A stretch of DNA of 34,878 nucleotides from an uncultured Longilinea sp. GTDB lineage: Bacteria > Chloroflexota > Anaerolineae > Anaerolineales > Anaerolineaceae. Location of the stretch: the NCBI GenBank assembly GCA_937863945.1, contig CALMIB010000097.1:1-34878 (forward strand), given 5' to 3'. Made by a program: the position numbers and the translations under genes. Below, one piece after another: positions 1-8,951 of the stretch; position 1 is the first letter of the stretch, and the number at the start of each line of letters is the position of its first letter. The notes under the pieces are model-generated. The model had not been told where the DNA came from, ran no database searches, and saw only the letters and a program-made list of their open reading frames with translations.

Positions 1-1
1 G

Positions 2-280
2 CTGTGCTTCTGGATCTATGACACCACCGCCAACAACGACGGCAAGGCCGACAACTCGGTGGGCGTCAAGCTGTTCGACGCGGCCGGCGTGAGCGAGGAG
101 TTCTGGACCGACCACGAAGCCGTGGGCAAAAATCCCAAGACTGTGCAGAACGAGTGGACGCAGATGTGCCTGGACCTGAACGCGTTCTCCAACGTGGATC
201 TGCGCAAGATCGACAAGGTGCAGTTCGCGCTCTACTGGGCCGGCAATTACTACGTTGACGACATCACCCTGGAGCCCTAA
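2..280 (+). CDS. C-terminal part of a protein ending in a carbohydrate-binding (CBM11/galactose-binding-like beta-sandwich) domain; 5' end outside the window
   Basis: The frame is open from base 2 (LCFWIYDTT...EWTQMCLDLNAFSNVDLRKIDKVQFALYWAGNYYVDDITLEP*). FW-x-Y, W-x3-C/I-x-L-x2-F, DL-x2-I and Y-x-DDI fit CBM-like jelly rolls. It lies directly upstream of a sugar ABC operon. Confidence 0.6.
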   Translation: MCFWIYDTTANNDGKADNSVGVKLFDAAGVSEEFWTDHEAVGKNPKTVQNEWTQMCLDLNAFSNVDLRKIDKVQFALYWAGNYYVDDITLEP

Positions 281-296
281 TCCTTGATCCTTGTGC

Positions 297-328
297 CGGA
301 GCTGGCCGGAGTGCTCCAGCCAGCTCCG
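297..328 (+). promoter_or_regulatory. Intergenic stem-loop upstream of the solute-binding protein gene
   Basis: Perfect 10-bp inverted repeat CGGAGCTGGC (297-306) / GCCAGCTCCG (319-328) with inner GGAG/CTCC pairing; no U-tract. Confidence 0.55.
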
Positions 329-349
329 CGCAAAGAAAGCAGGTGTTTT

Positions 350-2002
350 ATGAGCCCTTCTACTCGCATCAACCGCCGCCAGTTTTTGAATATGATGGCC
401 GCCGGCGCCGGCGCGCTGGCCCTGAGTGCCTGCGGCGTGAAGGCCGGGGATGGAACCGGAACCACCCCCGGCGGCGGGGCGGTCTCCAACGTCAAGTTGC
501 TGACCGCCGGTTGGCCGATCGATGTGCCTTTTGCCAATGCAACCCCGGGGTTCCAGGTCGGCTACAACAAGGCCTTCCAGGCCTGGTTGGACCTGAATCC
601 GGGCGTCAGCGTGGAGCGCATTGAGTTCAACGTGTGGGACACGGCCGGCCTGCGCACGGCGGTGGCCGGCGGCACGGCGCCCTTCCACTATCCCATCGGC
701 GTGCTGGGCGGCTGGAATGTGCCCGGCATTCAGGCTTCCAACGCTGAAGGCCTGTTCGCCGATATCACCGCCGCCTTTGAAAAGCACAAAGTGCTGGATC
801 TGCTCGATCCGAAGGTGGCGGCCAACAGCTCGCGCTGGAAATCGCAGGACGGCAAGATCTTCGGTATCCCCTACGAGGTCGTCTCCAGCGAGGGTTTCTT
901 CTATAACCGCGAACACCTGGCCGAGATCGGCATGGACAGCCTGCCGCTCAACTGGAAGTGGACCGACATGCGTGAGTGGGCGCTGAAGATGACCAAGGGC
1001 GACCGCAAGGGTCTGGCGATGGCGGCCTACGCGCTGGACTGGATCCTGCCGACTTACGGCATCGACTTCGACGGCCTGCTCAGCCACTACCCGGTGCCCG
1101 GCAAGGGCTTTAACTGGCGCTGGGACTTCACCACCTTTGTCGACGATATCGTGGAAGGCGTGGAACTGTGGCGCGCAATGAACTTTGAAGACCAGTCGGT
1201 CTACACTGATCCCAACTTCTGGGATTACTCGCAGAACGGGCAGCTTGCCGCCGCTTTCTACGATGGGCGCGCCTCGATGACGCCTGGCATTCACCTGTTC
1301 TTCTCGGATATGGCCGGCAAAATGAACAAGACCATCCTGGAAGCGGATGAATTTATGGGCTTCAACCGCCAGCCGCTTGGCCCGCTGGGTTATACCTACC
1401 AACTGCCCTTTTCCAACAGCGCCTGGGCCTTCAACCCCGACCTGAACGAAGAGGAACTGGACAAGGCGGTCTCTCTCTTTACCTATATGCTGCTGAGCGA
1501 CGGTTTCGTCACCACCACGCAGGAGATCTATAACGTCAACAAAGACCCCAGCGAAATCATCCGCGCCATCCGCTGGCCGTTTGCCAACAAGTTCTCCGAA
1601 ACCATCCCCGGCGTAGAAGGCTCGTTGAGCGCGGCCACCGGCAAACGCTTCTCCGAAGCCATCAACACCATCTTCTCGCAGCCCAAGCAGCCTGAAGTGG
1701 GCGAATATGTGCCCCCCGAAGTCAACCGCGGCCCGGGCGACACGCCCTGGTACGACAAGCTGACCCGCTGGGGCTACTCGCAGGACCCGTTCGACGTCAA
1801 GGCCGACGCGGCCGAGCTGGAAAACATCCTCAACCAGCAGGCCAAAACCTTCCCCTCGAGCGTCGATCCGGACGCCTTCGCGGCCGGCATCAACAAGTAC
1901 TACGCCGACATGGCCGCCTACCTGCAGGCCAATGCACCCGAGTTTTACGAAAAACGGTTCATCCCGTTCTACGATCTACGCATCAAGCCGGAATTTGGCT
2001 AA
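350..2002 (+). CDS. Carbohydrate ABC transporter substrate-binding lipoprotein (Tat signal)
   Basis: ATG at 350 follows AGGTG. Twin-arginine RRQFL then lipobox LSA-C. SBP family 1 motifs GKIFGIP and FFYNREHL. Adjacent to CUT1 permeases. Confidence 0.88.
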   Translation: MSPSTRINRRQFLNMMAAGAGALALSACGVKAGDGTGTTPGGGAVSNVKLLTAGWPIDVPFANATPGFQVGYNKAFQAWLDLNPGVSVERIEFNVWDTAGLRTAVAGGTAPFHYPIGVLGGWNVPGIQASNAEGLFADITAAFEKHKVLDLLDPKVAANSSRWKSQDGKIFGIPYEVVSSEGFFYNREHLAEIGMDSLPLNWKWTDMREWALKMTKGDRKGLAMAAYALDWILPTYGIDFDGLLSHYPVPGKGFNWRWDFTTFVDDIVEGVELWRAMNFEDQSVYTDPNFWDYSQNGQLAAAFYDGRASMTPGIHLFFSDMAGKMNKTILEADEFMGFNRQPLGPLGYTYQLPFSNSAWAFNPDLNEEELDKAVSLFTYMLLSDGFVTTTQEIYNVNKDPSEIIRAIRWPFANKFSETIPGVEGSLSAATGKRFSEAINTIFSQPKQPEVGEYVPPEVNRGPGDTPWYDKLTRWGYSQDPFDVKADAAELENILNQQAKTFPSSVDPDAFAAGINKYYADMAAYLQANAPEFYEKRFIPFYDLRIKPEFG

Positions 2003-2023
2003 ACCATCCGGCGCGCAGTGCCA

Positions 2024-2052
2024 TTCCCGGAGCGGCGCAACCGCTCCGGGAA
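2024..2052 (+). promoter_or_regulatory. Intercistronic stem-loop after the SBP gene (mRNA stabiliser or attenuator)
   Basis: Perfect 12-bp stem TTCCCGGAGCGG / CCGCTCCGGGAA with loop CGCAA; no U-tract. Confidence 0.65.
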
Positions 2053-2079
2053 ACGCACCTGAGAACAGGAGATATACTT

Positions 2080-2994
2080 ATGTCTGTTGGCACTGATGTG
2101 ATTGAACCCAGGCCGGCGGTCCCGGCGGTGGAAGGCGGCCGGACGCGCAGGCGCTGGCTGAACTGGCTGTTTGTCATCCCGGCCATCCTGTTCCAGTTTT
2201 TCTGGGGCTGGTACCCGATGGTGATCGCCATCTTCCTCAGCCTGACCAACGCGCCCATCCGCGGCGCGGTCACCTTCCGCGGCATTGAAAATTACGTGCG
2301 CCTGGCCTCCGACCCGCTGGTGCCGATGGCCTTCCGCGTCACGTTGATTTACGGCATCTTATCGATCATCCTGACCTTCATCATTCCGATCATCACCGCC
2401 ATTTTGCTGATGGAAATGCCGCCCAAAACGATGCGCGTGATGATGATCCTTTGGTTCCTGCCGCTATCCGGCATCGCCAGTACGCTGTTCTGGCAGTATC
2501 TCTACAACGAAAAATTCGGCATCTTCCAGTACATCGCCACGGCGGTGCTGGGGCTGCCGCCGCAGGCCTTTTTGAGCAGCGAGCGGTTGGTGCTCTTCTG
2601 GCTGATCGTGCCGGGAATTATCATGTACGGCCCGGGGCTGTATTATATCGCCGGGCTGCAGGGCATTCCCAAGTCGTACTACGAGGCGGCCGAAGTGGAA
2701 GGCGCCGGATTCTGGCGCAAGATCTGGACGATTTCGCTGCCGCGCCTGCGCCCGATCATCTCGATGACGCTGCTTTTCTCGATCATTGGCAGTTTGCAGG
2801 AATTCACCTTCCCCGACCTGATGACGCGCGGCGGGCCCAACGGCGCCAGCCGCACGGTGGTGATGTACATGTTCACGCTGCTGAACAACGGGCGCATCGG
2901 CGACTCGACCGCGCTGGCGGTGATGCTGTTCGCGCTGATTATGGTCTTCGTGCTGGTCTTCCGGCTGGTGTTCAAGTCGGACCCGGACGTCTAA
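2080..2994 (+). CDS. Sugar ABC transporter permease (MalF/UgpA-like)
   Basis: RBS AGGAG; GIENY motif; about six TM helices; EAA loop YYEAAEVEGA; TRGGP. Confidence 0.92.
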   Translation: MSVGTDVIEPRPAVPAVEGGRTRRRWLNWLFVIPAILFQFFWGWYPMVIAIFLSLTNAPIRGAVTFRGIENYVRLASDPLVPMAFRVTLIYGILSIILTFIIPIITAILLMEMPPKTMRVMMILWFLPLSGIASTLFWQYLYNEKFGIFQYIATAVLGLPPQAFLSSERLVLFWLIVPGIIMYGPGLYYIAGLQGIPKSYYEAAEVEGAGFWRKIWTISLPRLRPIISMTLLFSIIGSLQEFTFPDLMTRGGPNGASRTVVMYMFTLLNNGRIGDSTALAVMLFALIMVFVLVFRLVFKSDPDV

Positions 2995-3007
2995 AAAGGA
3001 GGAACCG

Positions 3008-4021
3008 ATGAGCCTGTTTCCAACCGTCGGTCGTAAGCAACTTGGTGTGCGGATTTCCTGGTGGCTGGTGGTGGCATTCCTGGCCTTTGGCGTGTTCATG
3101 CACCTGGTGCCGTTCTATATCATGATCACCACGTCGATCAAGCCCGCCACTGAGGCGATGGCCATGCCGCCTACCCTGTGGCCCAGGCAGCCCACCTTTG
3201 CCGCCTGGGGACTGGTGCTGAAGCTTTCGGACATCGCCAAATCGGTGCTTTCACAGCCGCTGAGCAAGTATTTCCTCAACTCGATGATCATGACCTTTGG
3301 CACCATGATCCTGAGCATCCCGGTCACCTCGCTGGCGGCTTACGCGGTCAGCAAACTCATCAAGGGGCGCGCCGCCAAGAACCTGTTCATCTTTTTCATC
3401 GGTACGCTGATGCTGCCCGGCATCGTCAGCCTGATCCCGTCCTTCCTGCTGACGCGCAACTTCCCCTTCCCGCTGCCGGTGGCGCCCAACATTCCCGGCA
3501 CCGACGTCGCTTTCCCCACGCTGCGCATCTGGAACACTTACTGGGCGGTGATCATCCCGGCCGGCTTCAGCGCGGGCAACTTCCTGCTGTTCAAAGGCTA
3601 CTTCGACGGCATCCCCGATTCGATCATCAACGCCGCGCGGGTGGACGGCGGCTCGGAGTTCAACATCTTCCGGCGCATCATCCTGCCCATGTCCATCCCG
3701 GTGTACGCGGTGGTGGCTTATTTCACCTTCGGCGCCACCTGGGATAGCTACCTGTGGCCGCTGGTGGTGATTCAAGATAGCGCCATTGCGCCGCTGACGC
3801 TGGCCATCCGGCGCATCTCAGATGCGTTTGGCGCGGCCGGCACCACCAACCCGCTCACCGCGGTGGGGGCCTCGGCGGGCATCAGCGAGCTGGTTTCGCA
3901 GGGTCTGTCATGGAACGGCCTGATGGTGCTGGGTTTGCTGCAGGCCATCCCGACCTTCATCTTCTTCATCATCGCGCGCGAATACCTGCTCAAGGGCGTG
4001 AAGATCCAGGGGTTGAAATGA
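3008..4021 (+). CDS. Sugar ABC transporter permease (MalG/UgpE-like)
   Basis: RBS AGGAGG; PPTLWP, YFLNS, AAYA; EAA-like loop IINAARVDGGS; WDSYLWPL. Confidence 0.92.
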   Translation: MSLFPTVGRKQLGVRISWWLVVAFLAFGVFMHLVPFYIMITTSIKPATEAMAMPPTLWPRQPTFAAWGLVLKLSDIAKSVLSQPLSKYFLNSMIMTFGTMILSIPVTSLAAYAVSKLIKGRAAKNLFIFFIGTLMLPGIVSLIPSFLLTRNFPFPLPVAPNIPGTDVAFPTLRIWNTYWAVIIPAGFSAGNFLLFKGYFDGIPDSIINAARVDGGSEFNIFRRIILPMSIPVYAVVAYFTFGATWDSYLWPLVVIQDSAIAPLTLAIRRISDAFGAAGTTNPLTAVGASAGISELVSQGLSWNGLMVLGLLQAIPTFIFFIIAREYLLKGVKIQGLK

Positions 4022-5145
4022 GCAGCGTAACCCTTGAAAATGTGGTCAAGTACTACTACCCCGCGGTGGGCGCGGCCGATTCCAAACCGGTGAAGGGTCT
4101 GAACAACATCAACATGCGCATCGCCGAGGGCGAAACGGTCAGCGTGGTGGGGCCATCGGGCTGCGGCAAGAGCACGCTGCTCAAGGTGATCGCCGGGCTG
4201 GAGTTCGCCGATGAGGGGCGCGTGCTGTACAACGATTTCGACGTCACCAAAATCACGCCGCAGGACCGCGGGGTGGGCATGGTGTTCCAGGATTATGCCC
4301 TCTATCCGACCAAGGAGGGCAAGAACAACATGAGCTATTACTTCGAGGTGCACCACCGCAGCGCGGAAGAGAAAGAGCAGCGCCTGCGCGAGACCTCGGA
4401 ACTGATGGGCATTGGCTTTGACATGCTGATGGGCCGCCAGGTGGATACGCTCTCGGGCGGCGAGAAGCAGCGCGTGGGCATTGCGCGGGCCATCGTGCGT
4501 GAGCCCAACGTCTTCCTGATGGACGAGCCCATTTCCAACCTGGATGCCAAGCTGCGCGAGCGCACTCGCACCGAAATCCGCCGCCTGCTGAAAAAATTTG
4601 GCATCACCACGCTGTACGTCACGCACGACCAGCAGGAGGCCATCTTCATGGGCGACCGCATCGCGGTGATGCGCGCGGGCAGCCTGGAGCAGATTGGCAC
4701 ATTCGACGAGCTGTACTACGCGCCGGCCAACCTGTTCGTGGCCACGTTGATCGGCACGCCGCCCATCAGCATTTTGCCGGGGGAATTGGCGCACGGAACG
4801 CTGCGCGCAGCCGGGCAGACGGAACTGGCACTGCCGGAGCAACTATCCGGCGGGCTGCCGCAGGGCAGCCTGCGCCTGGGCGTGCGCCCGGAGGGTTGGC
4901 TGGTGGCGCGCGAGCCCGAACCGGGCAGCCTGGCGATGAACGTGACGCGCATCGAGCGGCTGTTCACCGAGCGGGCGGCTTTCGCCCACGGAGATGTGAA
5001 CGGGGCGCCGGTCAACGCGCTGGTGCCGCTGGACTTCCCCGACGCGAAGATGCTCTACCTGCGACCCGACTGGGAGCGGGCTTACATCTTTGCGGCTGAC
5101 GCCGAAACTGCGCTGCATGTTCCCGGCGTGCCTGAGCTGTTTTGA
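4018..5145 (+). CDS. MalK/MsmK-type ABC ATPase no. 1
   Basis: ATGA overlap with the permease stop (ATG at 4018). Walker A GPSGCGKS, LSGGE, Walker B FLMDEP, YVTHD, C-terminal TOBE-like region with GVRPE. Confidence 0.92.
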   Translation: MSSVTLENVVKYYYPAVGAADSKPVKGLNNINMRIAEGETVSVVGPSGCGKSTLLKVIAGLEFADEGRVLYNDFDVTKITPQDRGVGMVFQDYALYPTKEGKNNMSYYFEVHHRSAEEKEQRLRETSELMGIGFDMLMGRQVDTLSGGEKQRVGIARAIVREPNVFLMDEPISNLDAKLRERTRTEIRRLLKKFGITTLYVTHDQQEAIFMGDRIAVMRAGSLEQIGTFDELYYAPANLFVATLIGTPPISILPGELAHGTLRAAGQTELALPEQLSGGLPQGSLRLGVRPEGWLVAREPEPGSLAMNVTRIERLFTERAAFAHGDVNGAPVNALVPLDFPDAKMLYLRPDWERAYIFAADAETALHVPGVPELF

Positions 5146-5154
5146 GAGGGCAGG

Positions 5155-6276
5155 ATGGCAAATATTCGCGTTTCTCATCTGGTCAAACAATTCGCCGAGA
5201 AAGCCGCCGTCAACGACATTAGCTTTGATCTCGGCGAGCACGAGTTCCTGGTGCTGGTGGGGCCTTCGGGCTGCGGCAAGACCACCACGCTGCGCATGCT
5301 GGCCGGGCTGGAACAGGCCAGCGGCGGCGAGATCTACTTCGGCGGGCGGCGGGTCAATGATATCCGGCCCAGCGACCGCAACGTGGCCATGGTTTTCCAG
5401 GATTACGCGGTTTTTCCGCACCTGACGGTGTTTGAAAACATTGCCTACGGGCTGCGCGCCCGGCGCGCGCAAAGCAAATTGATCAAAGAGCGCGTGGTCA
5501 AGGCGGCCACCGCCTTCCGCATCGACCACCTGCTTTACCGCAAGCCGCGCCAGCTTTCGGGCGGCGAGCGGCAGCGCGTGGCGCTCTCGCGCGCCATGGT
5601 GCGCGACGCCGACCTGTACCTGTACGACGAACCGCTGGCCAACCTGGACGCGCAACTGCGCCACCAGGCGCGCGAGGACATCATGGCGCTGCACCACGAA
5701 AAGCAAAGTCCCAGCGTCTATGTGACCCACGACCAGTCGGAGGCGATGGCGATGGGCGACCGCATCGCGGTGATGCGCGCCGGCAAGATTGAACAAATTG
5801 GCACCGGCGCGCAGCTTTACGAGCGCCCCACCAACCTGTTTGTGGCTTATTTCATCGGCACGCCCAGCATCAACCTGTTCGACGTGGTGGTGGAGCGCGC
5901 GCCGGAGGGGCTGCGCGTGCGCAACGCGGCCTTTGACCTGCTGCTGCCGCCGGAAACGGCCCACCGGCTGGAAAAGTACGCCGGCAAGCCGGTCAAGATG
6001 GGCATCCGGCCGGAAGACCTGCACGTGCCGCGCCTGGCGCCCTTCGAGGTGACCGAGAACAACCAGTTCCAGGGCGTCATCAACGTGATCGAACCGTCTT
6101 CGACCGGCGCGTCGGTGTACCTGAGCACGCTGGAAGAAAAGGCCCAGGATTTCACCGCCACCTTCCGCACGCGCATTCCCTCCACCTACATCGGCCGCGA
6201 AATTCCGCTGGCCGTGCACCTGCAAAAGGCGCACTTCTTCGACGCCGAAACTGAGCAGTCCATCCTGGCGGAGTAG
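5155..6276 (+). CDS. MalK/MsmK-type ABC ATPase no. 2
   Basis: GPSGCGKT, VFQDYA, LSGGE, YLYDEP, YVTHD, GIRPE. Confidence 0.93.
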   Translation: MANIRVSHLVKQFAEKAAVNDISFDLGEHEFLVLVGPSGCGKTTTLRMLAGLEQASGGEIYFGGRRVNDIRPSDRNVAMVFQDYAVFPHLTVFENIAYGLRARRAQSKLIKERVVKAATAFRIDHLLYRKPRQLSGGERQRVALSRAMVRDADLYLYDEPLANLDAQLRHQAREDIMALHHEKQSPSVYVTHDQSEAMAMGDRIAVMRAGKIEQIGTGAQLYERPTNLFVAYFIGTPSINLFDVVVERAPEGLRVRNAAFDLLLPPETAHRLEKYAGKPVKMGIRPEDLHVPRLAPFEVTENNQFQGVINVIEPSSTGASVYLSTLEEKAQDFTATFRTRIPSTYIGREIPLAVHLQKAHFFDAETEQSILAE

Positions 6277-6278
6277 CC

Positions 6279-6959
6279 ATGTCCTTTTTCGACGATTCCG
6301 GTCCGCGCCCCGAAGAAGAACGCAGCCCCGTCTGGCGGTCGTTCGCGCTGGTCAAGGACCAGCTCGAGCGGCTGATCCTGGTCAACCTGCTGTGGGCGCT
6401 GCAATGCGCGCCGTTGATTGCGGCCTGGGTGTTTGAAATGCCGCCCTGGCTGCGCCTGCTGCTGACGCTGTATTCAGTCGTAGCGTTGATCCCGGCCACC
6501 GGGCTGCTGTTTGGGCTGACCGAGCAGCTCAGCCAGGGCGTGCCGCTGGATAAGGACCTGGTGCTGGACTGCCTGAAGGAAACCTGGAAGCCCAGCCTGT
6601 TCAAATTGCTGCCCCTGTACAGTTTGTTTGGGCTGCTGGGCTGGGCGGCTTATGCCAGCGGGCAGCAGGGCTGGCTGCTGCCGGACGCGCTGGCGCGCCT
6701 GCTGGTGCTGCTGCTGGCGGTCGTTTCGCTGTACTGGGGCGGGTTGTTCGCGCTGCGCGAAGACCTGGCTTTTACCGGCATGTTGGCCCAATCGGTGCGG
6801 CTGTTCTGGCGCCGGCCGGGGCGCACGCTGGTGATGGCGCTGGTCAGCCTGCTGACGCTGCTGCTGGGCGTGGTGTCCATCGCCGGCTTCTTTTTGATCG
6901 TGCCGGTGCTGCTGGCGCTTTACCAGGTACAGCTTTATCATTCGGTTGTGAAAGGATGA
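6279..6959 (+). CDS. Integral membrane protein, DUF624/YesL-like
   Basis: About five hydrophobic helices and an N-terminal LILVNLLW motif typical of YesL/DUF624 proteins in sugar ABC operons; 2-3 nt spacing to both neighbours. Confidence 0.6.
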   Translation: MSFFDDSGPRPEEERSPVWRSFALVKDQLERLILVNLLWALQCAPLIAAWVFEMPPWLRLLLTLYSVVALIPATGLLFGLTEQLSQGVPLDKDLVLDCLKETWKPSLFKLLPLYSLFGLLGWAAYASGQQGWLLPDALARLLVLLLAVVSLYWGGLFALREDLAFTGMLAQSVRLFWRRPGRTLVMALVSLLTLLLGVVSIAGFFLIVPVLLALYQVQLYHSVVKG

Positions 6960-6962
6960 CCC

Positions 6963-8084
6963 ATGGGAGCTCTGGATGTTAAGGGGTTGACCAAACGCTA
7001 CGGCGGCCGCGCCGTGTTGAACAATATTGACTTTTCGGTCGAGGAGGGTGAATTCTTCGTGCTGCTGGGGCCTTCGGGCGGCGGCAAGAGCACCATCCTG
7101 CGCCTGGTGTGCGGCATCGAGCCGGCTGACGGCGGGCAGATCAGCCTGGGCGGGCGGGATATCACCGGCCTGCCGCCGCGTGAGCGCAACATTGGTATGG
7201 TGTTCCAGGACTACGGCCTGTACCCGCACATGAATGTTTTTGAGAATATTGCCTACGGGCTGGAGGCGCGCGGCATGCCGAAGGATGAGGTGAAGCGCCG
7301 GGTGGAAGAAGCGGCTGCCAAACTGGGCCTGACCCCGCTGATCGAGCGCATCATCGTTGACCTTTCGGGCGGCGAGCAACAGCGTGTGGCGCTGGCGCGC
7401 GCGCTGGCCAAGAACGCCGAATTGTACCTGTTCGATGAGCCGCTCTCCAACCTGGATCCCAAGCTGCGCGCCCAGGCGCGCCGCGACATCGTGATGGTGC
7501 ACCGCGCCAAGCAAAAGCCGTCCATCTACGTCACGCACGACCAGACCGAAGCGCTGGCCATCGGCGACCGCATCGCCATCATCGCCAACGGGCGGCTGCA
7601 GCAGGTGGGCAAGGCCAACGACCTGATCGAGCGGCCGGCCAACCTGTTCGTAGCCGGGTTCATTGGCACGCCGGCGATGAACCTGCTGCCCGCAACGCCG
7701 CTGCGCGGCGACTGCCAGGTGCGCCTGGAGAACGGCGCGCTGCTGAGCCTGCCAGAAGGCTGGCGTGGCACGCTGGCGGCCTACCCCGGCGAGAAGGTCA
7801 TCGTGGGCATCCCGGCGGCGGCTTTTTTGCCCCCTCACCTGGAAAATGACGCCGAAGGCGGCGCATTAAGCCCGTTGGAAGCGGTGGTGGAGGATGTGGA
7901 ACCGCTGGTGGCCGAGCTGATTGTGTTGCTGAAGTTGCCCGGCGGACCGCGCGCTTCGGCGATTTTCCAGGGCGTGGATGAGGAGCTGTACGCGCCGGGC
8001 AAAGCGCTGACCCTGCAGGTGGACGGACGCCAGTTGTGCCTGTTTGATCCGCAGACTGAACAGGCGCTTCGGCCAACCGCATGA
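6963..8084 (+). CDS. MalK/MsmK-type ABC ATPase no. 3
   Basis: GPSGGGKS, VFQDYGLYPHM, LSGGE, YLFDEP, YVTHD. Confidence 0.93.
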   Translation: MGALDVKGLTKRYGGRAVLNNIDFSVEEGEFFVLLGPSGGGKSTILRLVCGIEPADGGQISLGGRDITGLPPRERNIGMVFQDYGLYPHMNVFENIAYGLEARGMPKDEVKRRVEEAAAKLGLTPLIERIIVDLSGGEQQRVALARALAKNAELYLFDEPLSNLDPKLRAQARRDIVMVHRAKQKPSIYVTHDQTEALAIGDRIAIIANGRLQQVGKANDLIERPANLFVAGFIGTPAMNLLPATPLRGDCQVRLENGALLSLPEGWRGTLAAYPGEKVIVGIPAAAFLPPHLENDAEGGALSPLEAVVEDVEPLVAELIVLLKLPGGPRASAIFQGVDEELYAPGKALTLQVDGRQLCLFDPQTEQALRPTA

Positions 8085-8950
8085 AAAAGCGGCTGTGTGG
8101 AATTTTATTGATGCTGGCATTGTTCAGCGCCTGCCAACCGATGAAACCCACTGCTACACCGCAACCTGAACCCGCCCCGGCCGACCTGCCGGGCTGGAAA
8201 TTGATCTGGTCTGATGAGTTTGATGGACCGGCCGGCGCCGGCCCGGACGACGCGAAATGGACCTTTGACCTGGGCGGCCAGGGTTGGGGCAATAACGAAT
8301 GGCAGTTCTACACCGCCCGGCCGGAAAACGCTGCGCTGGACGGAGAAGGCGCCCTGGCCATCACCGCCCGGCCCGTGGAGTCGCCGCTGCCGGGAATGGA
8401 ATGCTGGTACGGGCCTTGCCGCTATACCTCGGCGCGCCTGCTGAGCCGCGGCCTGTTTGAATTCACCTACGGGCGCGTTGAGGCGCGCCTGCAACTGCCC
8501 TACGGGCAGGGCGTGTGGCCGGCGTTCTGGATGCTGGGCGCGGATATTGCCGAAACCGGCTGGCCAAATTGCGGCGAAATTGATATCATGGAAAATATTG
8601 GCCGCGAGCTTTCCACCGTTTACGGCACCGTGCACGGCCCGGGCTATTCGGGCGCAGGCGGCATTTCCACAGCTTTTACGCTGGATGACGGGACTGCTTT
8701 TAAGGATCAATACCATGTCTTTGCGCTGGAATGGGAGCCGGATGCATTGCGCTGGTACGTGGACGACCATTTGTATGCCACCCTGCATCAGAGCCAGTTC
8801 CCGGCAGACAAACGCTGGGTCTTCGATCATAATTTTTTCCTGATTTTGAATGTGGCGGTGGGCGGAAACTGGCCTGGATATCCCGATGAGCGCACGACCT
8901 TCCCGCAGACGATGCGAGTGGATTACGTGCGCGTTTATCAGAGACCGTAA
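8081..8950 (+). CDS. GH16 laminarinase-type beta-1,3-glucanase, lipoprotein
   Basis: Lipobox LFSA-C; WSDEFDG, GWGNNE, YTSARL, WPAFWMLG, catalytic GEIDIME, VDYVRVYQ; ATGA overlap with ATPase 3. Confidence 0.92.
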   Translation: MKKRLCGILLMLALFSACQPMKPTATPQPEPAPADLPGWKLIWSDEFDGPAGAGPDDAKWTFDLGGQGWGNNEWQFYTARPENAALDGEGALAITARPVESPLPGMECWYGPCRYTSARLLSRGLFEFTYGRVEARLQLPYGQGVWPAFWMLGADIAETGWPNCGEIDIMENIGRELSTVYGTVHGPGYSGAGGISTAFTLDDGTAFKDQYHVFALEWEPDALRWYVDDHLYATLHQSQFPADKRWVFDHNFFLILNVAVGGNWPGYPDERTTFPQTMRVDYVRVYQRP

Positions 8951-8951
8951 A

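Noticed and set aside
284-349. Extended ORF-track starts (284, 3910, 8850, 11586, 12888, 20285, 23103, 27049)
   Set aside because: Downstream starts have an RBS or stop-start coupling and match family N-termini; most of the extensions overlap neighbouring genes or hairpins.
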